Positions 1 to 12,589 of a stretch of DNA of 64,000 nt are shown here, piece by piece; positions within the stretch are counted from its first letter, which is position 1, and each line of letters begins with the position of its first letter. The stretch lies in NCBI GenBank assembly GCA_951406725.2, contig OX597832.1, positions 68,386,001-68,450,000 of the forward strand. Reading direction: 5' to 3'. The DNA is from Octopus vulgaris (taxonomy: Eukaryota). The notes under the pieces are model-generated. The model was not told where the DNA came from. It ran no database searches and was given only the letters and a program-made list of their open reading frames with translations. The position numbers were made by a program, and so were the translations under genes.

Positions 1-1790
1 AAACATGGGCATCATGGGAAGAAATGGTTCAGCTCTTAAAAAGGAAGTGAACCATGCATAATTAACGCTAAATTCATTCCTTACTAAAATTTTGGGGTGT
101 TAGTTTGAAAAGCTGCAAAAGGAAAACATTTCGTATCCATGACGACATTCTTGTAAAATAGCCTTGGCAGAACATTCACAATGTCCATCATGTAAGTTCC
201 ATTGACGATATCCTTCAATTAAATTCCATTCTAAGTAGGATTTGTTTGACTCTGAAGAAGTTGGTTGGGGAGGCGTCGTTCGTGTTTTAGAGGGTGAACA
301 TTATATGCCGCTGAGTTGGACATATGGAAACTGAAAGAAGCTCATAGTAAATATGTATGCGCGCACGATTATGCTTATGTGTGTGTGTGTGTGGTGGGGG
401 AGTGTGTATATTTTACTTATCACGTGATAGTCGTAAACGAGCGTCACTGTCATACAAGCAGTATTTTTTGTTTCCAATCATCTGTAAATACATCTCTGGT
501 CATAGGGGAAATACTACATTGCTTGGAAACAGGTTAGGACTTATTTTAGGAAAACACCTAACCATAGAAAATCTCTCTCAATGAAATGTGTCTAACCCAT
601 GCAAGCACGGAAAAGTAGGCAGCAGCAAAATAATGACGCAAATATAATTTTCTTACGTAATATCTTTCTGTTGTTTAACCTCATCTCAGTACTAAATAAG
701 CAGACAGACGAATAGGAGCATTCCAGCAACGAACATTCCCTTGTTCATGGGAATACATTGTCTAATGTAGACTTCTTTTCGTAAAATGATAACTCATAAT
801 TTGAAAGGGATTTCGTCTCTATTTCTAGCAGATTCAAAGACAATGTAGAGATACTTCTTTGATTCGTCGAGGTCATATGAATACGAATGCGTACACACTA
901 AATTGGTGCACACGAATTGGGTATAAACGAATTGGGTATACATATACACTAAACTGCTGCATACAAAGTGAACAGTTTTCAACTTGAGATATGCCACGAC
1001 GTTCTCTCAAGGTTTTACACTTGTGTGCGCCATTCCTGTTTCACAAGTTGCACACAAATACATGAAAGGTTTTCCAGAGGAAATCGAATATTTTAATGAA
1101 TAAAACACACAATCGTTCGCTTTGCTTAGATGGCCATTATAGTAGTTATACGTTGATTACTTGCATGGACGTGCACATCCTTTGCAAATAAAGATAACAT
1201 TGGCTCAAAAATTTATGCGCACACACACAATAAGATATAGAGGAAACCCTGATAAGCAGATCGCAAGATATGGGCGGGTTAAGAATGTTGGCATCAGGAG
1301 TATTTCAGTCGAGTTTTAAAAGGTTACCGTGTAAAATGTTTTATTATTCTGTTACACAGAGTTACTGAGAAAAAGTAAAAGGGAGAATAGAGTGAAAGTA
1401 GGGAGGGAAGTGGAGCATCCAATTCCTGACTGTGTCCTTCATGATTAAGATGACTAAAGGGAAGAGATGAAAGTCAGAGACGTTTGCATCGTATGTCTGA
1501 GCAACTGGCTGCAATTGATAGGGATTGCAAGACAACGTAGTAGGAGAGAGAAACAAGGTATGAGGGGGAGAAGTAACGAGAAATGAAAAATGAAGAGAAG
1601 TGAGTGAGATAAAATGGAGCGTGGAGAAGAGCTGAAGGATAAAATGGTATAAATTAAGTAAAAGTGGGAACAGAAGAAATAGAATGGAAATCATGTTTTT
1701 AAACTCAACAGCACCATGCTTCCGTGTTTGAATACGTTATATTGTTCCTTTCGTTTCGTCGAGTGAGCAGATCCAGGATGTGTAGAGATG

Positions 1791-1791
<1 letters not shown>

Positions 1792-1827
<36 letters not shown>

Positions 1828-2209
1828 GATAAAGAGGTAATGGAATACTGAAATGGTGCAGAACGACGTGCTGGCCCGACAAGTAACATATGTTATTATT
1901 TTTCAATTGGGAGGTGAAAACCAAGAAAGAGAATTTGTTCTACGCTAAAAACCAGGTTATTAAGTATAGAATCATTTTAAAAGATTGGGTGTCTCTGGGA
2001 AAATTCATTTAAATAAAAAACAGAGAAAACTTTAGGAACGATTGCACTAAGTGCACGGAAAATAGTCTTGTATTATAGAAAAGAATGGTTTTACATTAAA
2101 AATTGCTATTTTAACTGAAACCCCAACGAAACTACAATTCTGTTAAATTCTATTATAAATCTATTCTTTTGGCAAGATTTATTTTCATCTATCCATCTCT
2201 CTCTCTCTC

Positions 2210-2295
<86 letters not shown>

Positions 2296-2340
2296 AAACA
2301 CACATACATATATATATATAGAACGTACACACACATACAT
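1792..2340. repeat. Microsatellites (CA)n, (CT)n-(TA)n-(GA)n
   Basis: Visible directly: (CA)n at about 1792-1825 and compound (CT)n(AT)n(AG)n at about 2196-2290. Confidence 0.95.
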
Positions 2341-2667
2341 ATATGTTTGTATACTTGTATGTATATTGCGATTTCTTTTCTTTTGCATATTGTTGCTTTC
2401 TTTTGAATTTTTTTCTTGTTGTTGTTTTCGTTTCATGTCCATTATATAAATGATTATTGTTATGTATGATAATGAAACATTTTTAAATGAAGCTTAAACG
2501 CCATCGGTCATTATTAATCAAAGTTTTAAATGTAGGAATATAAAGAACAAACAGCTGAAGGGGAAGAAAAATACAGTTGATTGGTACCCAAGATGAGGTG
2601 TTTTTGTTTTTGCTGTTCTCAGGTTTTTTTTTCAAAATATTATTTCAATTGAAGTTAAGATAATAAT

Positions 2668-2682
2668 ATCAACAACAACAAC

Positions 2683-2743
<61 letters not shown>

Positions 2744-2753
2744 GTAATAATAA
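2668..2753. repeat. (CAA)n(TAA)n microsatellite
   Basis: Visible directly; explains the poly-Ile ORF 2632..2856. Confidence 0.95.
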
Positions 2754-3269
2754 TAGAGAAAATATATATAAGAAAATAAATTACAAACAAAAAAATCCAA
2801 GAAAATCTCGAAGTACGATTAAATAAAATTGCACTAAATATATTGCATACAAACAAAAGAAAGGAGCACTCATTTCCGGAGGGGGTTGGAATGAAGTAAT
2901 TGGCATTCGAGCAAGAAATACTTGCTTAAGGCCACGAGTATTTGCATTTAAAATGTTTATAACTATTATTGACACGTGTTTAGAACAAATGATTATAGAA
3001 GCAGAAACGAAAGAGCGGTGTAGGCACAATTCATTAATGAGGACCAATTAAGAAACGCTGTATGTATTGTGAATTAAAAATACAATGTATATCAAAAACG
3101 AACGAAATATTGGAATTGTTAAGAGCTAAAAGTATAATTAAAACACTTTAACCGCGTTTCACTTATGTAAACTAATTTAGCACAAGAAGTTTGGATAACT
3201 TGTATACTTGCTACGCTAAACCGCGCCAAAACTATAACTGTGACAACGAACCAGCAGGAGAAGAGCATT

Positions 3270-3620
3270 TCATGCAGTCAGTTAACTTGCTAGAAAGAAT
3301 AACCAAATATTCCTCGAATCACACTTTACATACTTAAAAGAGGGGGAAATGCTGCATAACTCAATGTCAAATGTAGTCTTAGAAACAGTTTGCTTGAAAG
3401 AAAACAATGACAGCAGGATCCCAAGTGGAACACATTTAATATTTGGACTGACTGACCACGTGTGATCTGCAACTATAAAACAACACCAATATTTTGTTCA
3501 ACTGACCAGTTCTTTCACTACCAGCTGCAGCCACAGCAACGGCTAAATTTCCTTCAAAGTACACCGTACATTATTAAACAAGGAGCACAGCATATTAATG
3601 AAATTTAGTTCTGGAGCTAC
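3270..3620 (+). repeat. Unclassified interspersed repeat (motif ttgctagaaa..gcagccaaat.tccctcaaatcacac), two degraded copies
   Basis: Related text recurs at about 3285-3480, 3535-3620, 36620-36690 and 58230-58345, and in reverse at about 53020-53080 and 58640-58690. Confidence 0.5.
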
Positions 3621-3999
3621 GTACCAATCGAGCACTGGGGTTGATTTTAGCCCTTTTTGGCGATATTGGAAAGGGTTATTAAGAAAAGAGACAAAGGTGG
3701 CGACCTAACGGAATCGTTACAGTGATAGATAAAATAGTGGAAAAATTTTCTTTTTCATTAACTTATAAAATATATTGCAAGATAAACTAGGACAGCATTT
3801 GACCACATAAAAGCATGAGGTGAACCATGAAGGTCATCTGATTGTGTGTTTCTATTTGTGTATGTGTCTCCGTGTGTATAAATGTATGTATATATCTGTT
3901 TGTATGTATGTATTCTGCCGGCAATCTGGTAATTCTAATGGTGAACGAGCTCTATTTTGTACTCTGATATGTTCTTAATGGAATACACCACAACTGACA

Positions 4000-4930
4000 C
4001 TGACGAAAACCAGATAACTGGTCGAAGTCGCTTTCTGAATCAGAGTGCTATTTAGGGTCAAAAGATGGAGAAACTAAATCTAGATTTCTCGCTAAAAGAC
4101 ATCCCAATTCCAACCAAAAATGAATATTTAAAGCAAAAAAAACAGCCAGCACAAGCTCCTTCATTATAAGAATTAGATGGAATGTATTTTTATACGACAA
4201 AGAAAACAAAACGCAAGATCAACAGATAGATACGAAAGCGCTCAAGAAAGTATTTAAATCCCCAAGAAATCCGCCAGCAAATCATCACATAACACCATTC
4301 AAGGAAGAGCTCTACAAAATAAAACTATTGAAGGTCTTTAAAGAAACAAAAGGAATAATTGTGCCAGCGGATAAAACCGGCCATCTTTATATTGTAGACA
4401 CCACACTATACAACAGTTCACTCTGAAAAGAAATGCTCAGCAAATACAAGCATGCACCCTACAACACCTTAGATAAACAAAAAGGGATTTAAAATAGTAA
4501 AAAACCTAGGGATTGATTATAGGAGCGGATCGTATACTCCAAAAGAGCTAGGATAAACCTAAAGGACCACAAAAATAACTTCGACAGTGACCCTAAAATG
4601 AGATTAATATATCCATCGAAATTGGACATTGGGCGTATAAGTAAAAACATCATAGAGAAAGTAATATCCAAACAAAAAACTAAGATTGGACTTTCATTTT
4701 GGTCTTGCACTCAGGAAGTTATAGGATGGTTTATAAGAGTAGAGAAAACTAAAAAAATCCAAATTTATAAAATTAGATATAGATAGTTACCATTAATCCT
4801 ATAGTACTAAATAAAGCTCTTATTTTCGCAATGATAAAACTCTAGTTTATCTAGGACAAACGTGGACATAATCTTAGCAGCTCGTCAAACTGTTATTTGT
4901 TACGATAATAATCTATGGCTAGGAAGAAAA
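4000..4930 (+). mobile_element. Decayed Penelope-like retroelement (PLE): N-terminal and RT-start coding fragment with upstream hammerhead-like motif
   Basis: ATG at 4065 gives MEKLNLDFSLKDIPIPTKNEYLK. Across frameshifts and stops it continues IRIRWNVF, IIVPADKTGHLY and RINLKDHKNNFDSDPKMRLIYPSKLDIGRISKNII..W..TQEVIGWF. The SLKxIPIP, PADK, LKDHKxNF and RLIxP motifs are ones I recognise from invertebrate PLE RTs; clade not determined. Confidence 0.8.
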
Positions 4931-5449
4931 TACGAGATGGTCACGACTGGAACAAATTGCAGCAATATTAATGAAGAGTGAGCTACAATACAGCTAAGTT
5001 GTTATGTGACAGCACTGCACCAGTATGGCTGCAGTCTAATGACAGATAGGGAATAAACAGCAGAGATGTCGCATCGACATTCACTGAGTGGATTGAATAA
5101 CTATTGGTAAGAAACAAGTAATCATGTTTTGTTCACCATATCACCATGACAATAGAACCAATCAATGACAAAAAAGAAATATTGAAGACTAATCGGTCAA
5201 GAGAAGGCGAAGAATTAGGGTGCATGGACACAATATATAAGTTAAGGGATTTTGTGATATATATGTTTCTAGGTGTGCATCTGCTTGCATGACTATATGC
5301 ATAAGCAGATATAGAAAAATGCCGTACATACATAAGTACACACACACGCATACAGACATACATACATACATATATACGTACGTACGTATATAATACATAC
5401 ATACATACATACATACATACATACATACATACATACATACATACATTCA

Positions 5450-6660
5450 TGTTGGATACTTTATTGGTCTGTAGAGGAAATCCACTCTATCAAAATCCGC
5501 AAAATCCTGACAACAACAGGGAACTTCCACAGTGCTGACGGACTTCCAATGCCGTATGGTATCACTCAGTCAGCACCAGCTAATCAGCAGCTAAAATAAA
5601 TGTATGAATGCAGTGCTGAAAAGTGAAGTTAGTAACACTGTACGAGTTGGCAGGGAACTCCTCAAGAAGCACTCTCTTCCTAATGATTTCCTATACAGCC
5701 GCAAAACAGCTGGGCTCTTTTACCTCAGAGAAGACCTGGACAGAAAGCACCCAGCATACAAAAAAAAAAAGAGCATGCGTGGGTATGTTGATCGAAAGCT
5801 TCAAGAAGACAGTAGAATTGACACGAATCGCAGCCTCTCTAGGATATATGACCCTTACATTACATCACACTTTGAAGGTTATACGTTTGCAATTCAGGAA
5901 CAGGAGATTTCCACAAAGAACCGGGTGAACAAGAGAGACAGTGACGCTCATGTAATCCCAAGCAACAACTGCATGTGTAGGCTATGTCATGTTCCTGTGG
6001 AAGACATCACGCATGTGATTAGCAACTGTCCTAAAATATCATCACGGTACTACCTCCCTATGCGGCACGATGTTGTGCTAAAACAATTTACAATGCCATC
6101 CGCAAAAAAGACTGCCCTGAAATAAACTTAGAAAATCGCTCTGTTATGGAATACATTCATAAACACCAACTCAAGAAATACTGGCGGAATATTCCCATCA
6201 AAACCTCTGTCAAATATAAGCATAACAAGCCGGATATTGTTCTTTGGGACAGAGCGGTAAAAGTATGTGCCATTATAGAGGTTAGCTACCCTACATCTAT
6301 GAATATCTCTTTGAAAATCAAAGAAAAAGAGGATATCTATGGACAACTACTTCGAAACTTCCAGCTTCTATATCCAGACTATGAATTCATATTCATACCA
6401 ATAATCATTGGAGCACTAGGTTTTGTTAGTAAATGCTTAAAGGAGAATTTGGATAAACTGAGGTTTTCAGAAAGAGAAATTCACCGGCTGATTCATACAT
6501 TACAAGCGCAATTTGCGAGTGGATCATTAAAAATATGCAAGACTTTTCTCAAGTTCCAACTGTGAATTTGTCTGTGTTAATTGCACCGCAAAGATCGAGC
6601 TTTGTATCTGTGTTGGAAACCGGCTACTTCCTCAGTGGAAGATTTATAATAAATAAAAAT
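5450..6660 (+). mobile_element. 5'-truncated non-LTR retrotransposon with restriction-like endonuclease (R4/Dong-type), frameshifted
   Basis: ORF 5604..6125 has AIQEQEISTK, a CCHC knuckle (CRLC..HVISNC) and RHD. ORF 6146..6565 has the PD-(D/E)xK-type KPDIV..IIEVS..K and PIIIGALG. A short 3' UTR ends A-rich at about 6660; the 5' end abuts (TACA)n. Confidence 0.88.
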
Positions 6661-7589
6661 AGAAGAGATATTCATGCATATATACGTGCATGCATTATAT
6701 ATATATGTGTGTGTGTGTGTATGTGTGTGTGTATATATATGTGTGTGTGTATGTGTGTGTGTGCTTGTATATATATATAGATATATATAGATATATATAT
6801 AAATGTGTGAGTGTGTGTTTGGCAGAACACAGAAGGAGAATGAAACTCAAACTAAGTATATAGACGTATTTTATAGTTTTAATCGGTAGAAAGTTACCCA
6901 AGCAGCTTTGGGGCTCAGATTTTTGCGCATGGCACACTGTATGCACACACACACGCGCGCACATCATAGACAGACAAACAGAGAGGCATGCAGGCAGACA
7001 TCTATACATACAGACAAGTAGAGATTATGTAGATTGACACATACACATGTACACCTACACACACACAGGCCATAATTTTTAATCTTCTCGTACAGACATT
7101 CCATAGAATATAATTTTGGCCGCTCAGAAATTTGCAAGTCAACATGTGACGTGAAAACATCATCACCACCACCGCCGCCACCATCACTACTACTACTACT
7201 ACTACTACAACTACATAGATAACAATAAGACGCCAACAAGTAAATCTCCTCAAGTGAGGAAGTGTGAGGATTTGAAGACAATATGGTTCAATTGCAATGA
7301 ACACCTAGCAACCTTGCAGACACCAAGACTCCGACAACAATCAGTACTTGATTCAGAAATGCAGCTCAGACAAATGGACAATCTGTATAAAGACATGTCA
7401 CACAAACGGTGATTTTCACCAGCCTCTTCAGGGCTACTTTTCCGATATATTGTTAACAGCTTCTTATAATAATAAATAACAATACTGAAATTATTGTATA
7501 CAGTCTTCAGATGCACCACAACTTGTCAAATGTGCATATAAAGCATATACAGTAATGTACAAATGTCTGGAAAGTGAACAGTGTTTGAA

Positions 7590-7860
7590 TCAGATGCATG
7601 CTTGCGTGTGTATGGAGGGGAGAAAATCAGAGGTGTAGTGTTGGCGAATCTCGGGAAGCATGGAAGTTTTGAAGGATGCAGTGCTCCGACAACTAACAAC
7701 TGATGCCGGCAGTTTGTTCCATACTTCAGCAACTCTTAGCGTGAAAAAGTGTTTCCGAAAGTCATGGGAGCTGTGCTGTTTTCTGACTTTATAAACATGT
7801 CCATAGGTGTTAGACAGGTGGAGTTTGAAAAGGTGCTCAGAGTTATTGTTAGTAAGATAA
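7590..7860 (-). mobile_element. 3' end of CR1/L2-type LINE ORF2
   Basis: Minus strand translates as NTYGHVYKVRKQHSSHDFRKHFFTLRVAEVWNKLPASVVSCRSTASFK, the typical C-terminal GH..K..FF..RV..WN.LP..VV..FK signature. Confidence 0.85.
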
Positions 7861-8014
7861 AGGAATCAGCCTCACAGTGTATTTGTGCATCGTAAATAAT
7901 AACAAACCGATATTTACGTGACTGGATGTTTTCAAGAGATTGATTATTTCCTATCCCTTAGAATCTATCCCTTCTCCAAGAATTAGATGATTTGTTTGAA
8001 CAAGATATTATAAA

Positions 8015-8440
8015 CAAGCGATCGTGCACAACCATATTGATGTAAGCAGTAACCACTTCTACTCGACTTTAGAGGAAGATAGGTTCCTCTAAATACATTT
8101 ATAGGTGACACTGGATAATTTGCTCACAACCTTTTTCCCATTCTCTCTTTATTTGAATGTCTGTTTTGAACTGATGTTAAAGAACTTAACTGGGCTTCTG
8201 TCGAGTGACAGGGGCCACGGCTGTCCAACGTAGACTTGAGTCTCTAGTTACCAAGTTGCAATTCCACAAATTTGTCCTCGTTGATACATTTATTAACCTC
8301 TTGGCACTCGTCTAGTACATTATCAACCACCTCGATTTCTGAACTCAAATCCTAGAAGCGACAAAGTTCACGTATCCTGACAGGCCTCTCTTATGTTCTA
8401 ACTCATGTGGAATTCCTTTTAATGCCTCCGAATCCTGCAA
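8015..8440 (-). mobile_element. Heavily decayed L1/Tx1-like LINE RT fragment
   Basis: Across stops and frameshifts: LKGIPHEL..SGYVN (degenerate YADD region), EIEVVDNVLDECQEVNKCINEDKFVELQLGN*R, PVKFF, DIQIKREW..RNLS..RVEVVTAYI. This follows the order expected after RT domain 5 in Tx1-like elements. Confidence 0.6.
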
Positions 8441-8611
8441 AAATATCCTCAGAAGCAAAACATACAGAAGGAAAAGAAGAGAGGACAAACTTGATGTGAA
8501 GGTGATGTAATATGACAATAATCCGAGAAACAGATATTTAGTTTGACCCCCAGAAACGATGACCATAATCATCAGAACAATCTAACTTCGAAAGACAGGT
8601 CTGAAACCTAC

Positions 8612-8666
8612 TTGCGGTACGTCAACTGTTTTATTATACAAATGCAGGCTATTTATGATACTGTTC
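8612..8666 (-). other. Candidate small exon (55 nt) of an unidentified minus-strand transcript
   Basis: Acceptor ttttccttgcctatttccag|G and donor CAA|gtaggt. Only one frame is open (NSIINSLHLYNKTVDVPQ), and it is phase-compatible with candidate exon 12403-12540. Confidence 0.25.
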
Positions 8667-10154
8667 CTGGAAATAGGCAAGGAAAAATCACCTTTGGCAG
8701 GATTTGATCGCAAATCGTTAACGAACAACTCGGAATACCGCATCGCATTTTCTCCACCCCGCTATCGATTCAACGATTCCACTGCCCTTGGCTAAAATTA
8801 GTACCAGTAAGGCTTCCTATATAGACACAGCTTCAGGAGAGATTAGGAAAACCGATTATATCGACCGCAGTAGGGAAGAAGGAGAGTAATCCTCAGGATG
8901 GCAGTAGTACTTATGTATAGCGTCCTCCAACTCACTTTCTTTTTCATTGTTCAGTGTCATTGAGATACAGAATGGACAATGAGAGACATACTAGAAAAGG
9001 GTAGCATAAACAGAGAATCAGAGAAGACAGGGGGGAAGAAGAGAGATGGCATTCAAGGTAGCAGTTTGAAGTTTACACAACGCACATTTACAAACAGAGT
9101 TCATCATCAAATTATTTTGTAGCGAATTACTAATCCAATTAACAGTTTTGAAAGACGTGCGATGTAGATCGCGTCTCCAGATACCGCCATTATTATTATT
9201 TTCATGACATAATAACAAGTATTTATAAGGATTGAAGCGGATTCAAAATTGTATGGACAGTTATATTTCACTCCAAAAATTTCGCTTTGCAAATAGAGTC
9301 CTATAAAAATATAATAGACAAGAGAATACTCTGTGACAGTGTTCGCCAATATTAAGGGAATGCAGATTTTCCCCACCAATCCCGTCCCATTCGTAACTTA
9401 ATTCGTACAGAATTGGAACAATTACACATATTTACAGTAAAATGAAATATCATAACGATGTATGATAATATATTATTGAATGAGAAAGATTAACGGTCGT
9501 AGGGAAAAACAAATACTTTTAACGAAAGAGTGTATTACTAATAACTTCTTCAATGCATTTCTAAGAAACTTTTACAATTCTAATAATCGAGTTGCGATTT
9601 ATATTAGGGGAAAAAAATACCTTGAAACCAAGTCTGTTCACCAACCTCCTCCTCTTCCTCCCCATTATTTTATGTCCACTGTCCATGCTGTCATGGACTG
9701 GTCGTGTCGTCATGGAGCACATCATTTCCCATTAGGTGCTTCAGTCCTTAAAATGTAGATGTTCGTACATATTATTTCTCTGGGATACTCTTCCTAACAC
9801 CAATCACTTTACAGAGCGGACTGTGTGGATCTTTGCCCCAACACCAGAGAGATTGACTGGCTCTTGTTGAGACAACGTAAGGGACCTTTTAAACCCACAC
9901 GCTCTCTGCTCTTTAGACAAACCAATTTACGGTGTGAACGGTAGGAGGAGAGAGGCCCTCATGCAGAACAAATGTGGGTATGAAAGAATTATTTTAATTG
10001 ATTAGTGACTTATTTAGGACTAAATAGATTCAATGATAGTAACATATTTAGGTTGTTTATTATGGTGGTTTCCATTCACCGTCACAGATGCAGCAATCTA
10101 CACACATGCGCACAAATATATATTATTCCTTATTATTATTATTTTTACATAAAA

Positions 10155-10380
10155 AAAAGGTTCAGTGACTTCGAAGTTAGAGCTTACCAGCTTTATCTGA
10201 TACTTATGTAGATAATCTTTGTGGTCGAAAACATATATAGACACATACCTAGCTCCCCGCCTTTTGACCCGGCAATTCCTTAGTTTATTTACATTAGACG
10301 GATATTTGTCTACTGAGGACAAATATCCGTCAAATGTAAATAATGTACATAATTCCTCATCTCTTAAACATAGAACAGTA
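10155..10380. repeat. Short repeat remnant with a 26-bp fold-back hairpin and a decayed hammerhead-like motif
   Basis: Inverted repeat 10285-10310 / 10318-10343 (25 of 26 pairs). Minus-strand AAC-TTCGAA-GTC-ACT at 10164-10178 is shared with 18013-18027. Confidence 0.55.
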
Positions 10381-10552
10381 CTCAGTTTGTACTCATTTTC
10401 ACCTGAGTAAACTAGAGAAACAGAAATAAAGAGTCCTTCTTAGATGCAACGAGTCAACCGGTCCAGAAGTGAATGCACAACCTTATAATAATGAACCATG
10501 CATGCACACACGCGCGCGCACACTGTATATGCATGTGTGAATATATCATGTG

Positions 10553-10584
<32 letters not shown>

Positions 10585-10585
<1 letters not shown>

Positions 10586-10835
10586 TAAATAAGAAAACAA
10601 ACCCAAGGCTGTGTGGAATTTTCAAGACATTTATAAAGAGAAATTTAGTCTTACAGCTGTTTCTGGGATATTAGGGATATCCCTTCATCAGAAACGATGT
10701 GTGATGGTTAAATAGAAGGGAATAGTAGAGTTCAATATGAAGAGTTATTTTGGAATGGGAAGTAAATAAGGAGTATAAAAGGAAACAGGAGAATGAATGT
10801 AGAAAATAAAAGTAGAAATGTATAAAAATGTTATA
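10585..10835 (-). mobile_element. About 250-bp ORF-less hammerhead cassette (PLE pLTR / retrozyme-like), copy 1
   Basis: Aligns by eye with 18193-18447, abuts (TA)n, and contains the hammerhead at 10648-10695. Confidence 0.75.
10648..10695 (-). ncRNA. Minimal type I hammerhead ribozyme
   Basis: GUUU-CUGAUGA-A-GGGAUAU-cccua-AUAUCCC-A-GAAA-C-AGCU-G-UA-AGAC: intact core, stem I with one U.G wobble, 7-bp stem II, palindromic stem III, GUA triplet. Confidence 0.72.
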
Positions 10836-12402
10836 TATGAATATGAAGAAAATATATTTCTATATATTGCTTAAGTCATAAAACTTTATTTACACGTTAT
10901 TGTTTATAACTTCATCTCCGTTCCAGTTTCACCGTTGAAAACGAATTTAAATGTTCTGTTCTTAAGCAATCACTTCGACCCCTGACACGTGGCACACCAT
11001 TCGCCTGTTCAGACAACGTCGATTTGATGGAAGGAGTGAGCTAATGTGCGGCACATACATTTGATCGCTAGAAACAAATCATTTGTGCAGGTCGTTCGAT
11101 AAAGCTGAATGCTCGTACATCGTCTCCGGCGGCAGAGTCCATCATTATGAGAGTGTGCGTGCGTGTGTATTTTATGTTGGTGTATATGTACGCAAGCATA
11201 TTTGCAAATTATATTTCAGAGATGATAAAGTCTCAAATTATCATCATCATCATCGTCGTCGTTGTCATCATCATCATCATCATCAGCGTCGTTATTATTA
11301 AGAATATATAAAGACAAAAAGCGGTGGGTAAGAGATTGCATTGCGATTGTTAACATCGCTGAGACAATGTACATTGTCATCTGCCAGATGAGGTATTGTC
11401 TTGCACACATGATAGACGCCAACATCATGCATAAAAGACAAGATGTTATCTTTCAAATCTATCTCCTTTGCTCTAACACACTCTGTAACAGAATAATAAT
11501 ATAAAAAAAGAAATGATAACACCATTATCTATTTTTAACAAGCGCACAAAGCCAAAAGATCACAATGATGAAGAGGGCCTCACAATTAGCAAAGGAAGAA
11601 TTTCTTTTGATCTGTCAGATGTTTCGGCGGAAAACGTTCTATACTAACGACATCACCATCATCTTCATCATCATCACCACCACCACCGCCACTACCACCA
11701 CCAACTCCACCACCAACTCCACCACCACCACCATCGCAACCACCACCGCCGCCATCATGATTATTGTAACGCTTTCTTGTTTTACAGCAGCACGTATTTC
11801 TACATAGAAAAATGTTGTTGCAGCCGATAAGTAGTTGTAGTAGTTGTAGCAGTAGTAGTAGCAGCAGCTGCCACTGTTTAATCAAAGGTAGCTGTAGTGC
11901 TGCGAACTAAACTCCGTATTTGTTACCCTTGCTCTGAACGTATTCAATTGAGCTTCTTCTCACTTTCCCATTCTCTCACTCTCTGCCACCCTCTCTATCT
12001 ATCTATCTATCTATCTATCTCCGGCTTACCTCCAGGCGCTTTTCTCTCTAGCTCTACTACTTGGCCATCCCCTCTCTCTTTCTCTACCTATTTATCTATC
12101 ACTTCTACTTACTACGTCTCCCCACTCTAACTCTCTCTGACTCTATCTATCTATTTATCTATCCTTTCCTCTCCATCTCCAACCCTTTCTCAGTCTGTCT
12201 GTCTCTCTTTCTATTAATCTCTCTACTCCTCTCCCTATCTCTCTCTCTCTCTATCAACCTGTCTATCTGCCTCAGTTCCTCTCTGCTTTCTTTTCAATTC
12301 CTCCTCTCTCAACCCTCTCTCTCTCTCTCAACACATTGCAAGACAAAAATCAAAGCCTGAAAATTAAAGAATATTCTCTTTACTGATTCTCAACCTTTTT
12401 AC

Positions 12403-12540
12403 CTATAAACATGTTGCTGTTGTTTCCGATCATCAGCCCAGCTTTGATCCAACGTATTCACGATCGAAGCCTCTCCATTTGTGACCATCACAATGTTTTT
12501 TTTTTGGTGGGGTTTGTAATGCCATATGTGCAAAGCAACA
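12403..12540 (-). other. Candidate exon (138 nt; ATG at 12488) of an unidentified gene
   Basis: Acceptor gactttttag| and donor TAG|gtaaaa. Unique, non-repeat sequence, open throughout, giving MVTNGEASIVNTLDQSWADDRKQQQHVY from the ATG. No protein family recognised. Confidence 0.33.
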
Positions 12541-12589
12541 CTAAAAAGTCGAACTATCGCTTTGCTATGTTGATAATTCAGTTGTGTTG

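Noticed and set aside
85-112. 28-nt minus-strand micro-exon (ttttgcag|..|gtaagg)
   Set aside because: Too short to distinguish from chance without transcript data.
890-965. 15-bp tandem units (acacgaattgggtat-like)
   Set aside because: Only three or four degenerate units; ordinary local duplication.
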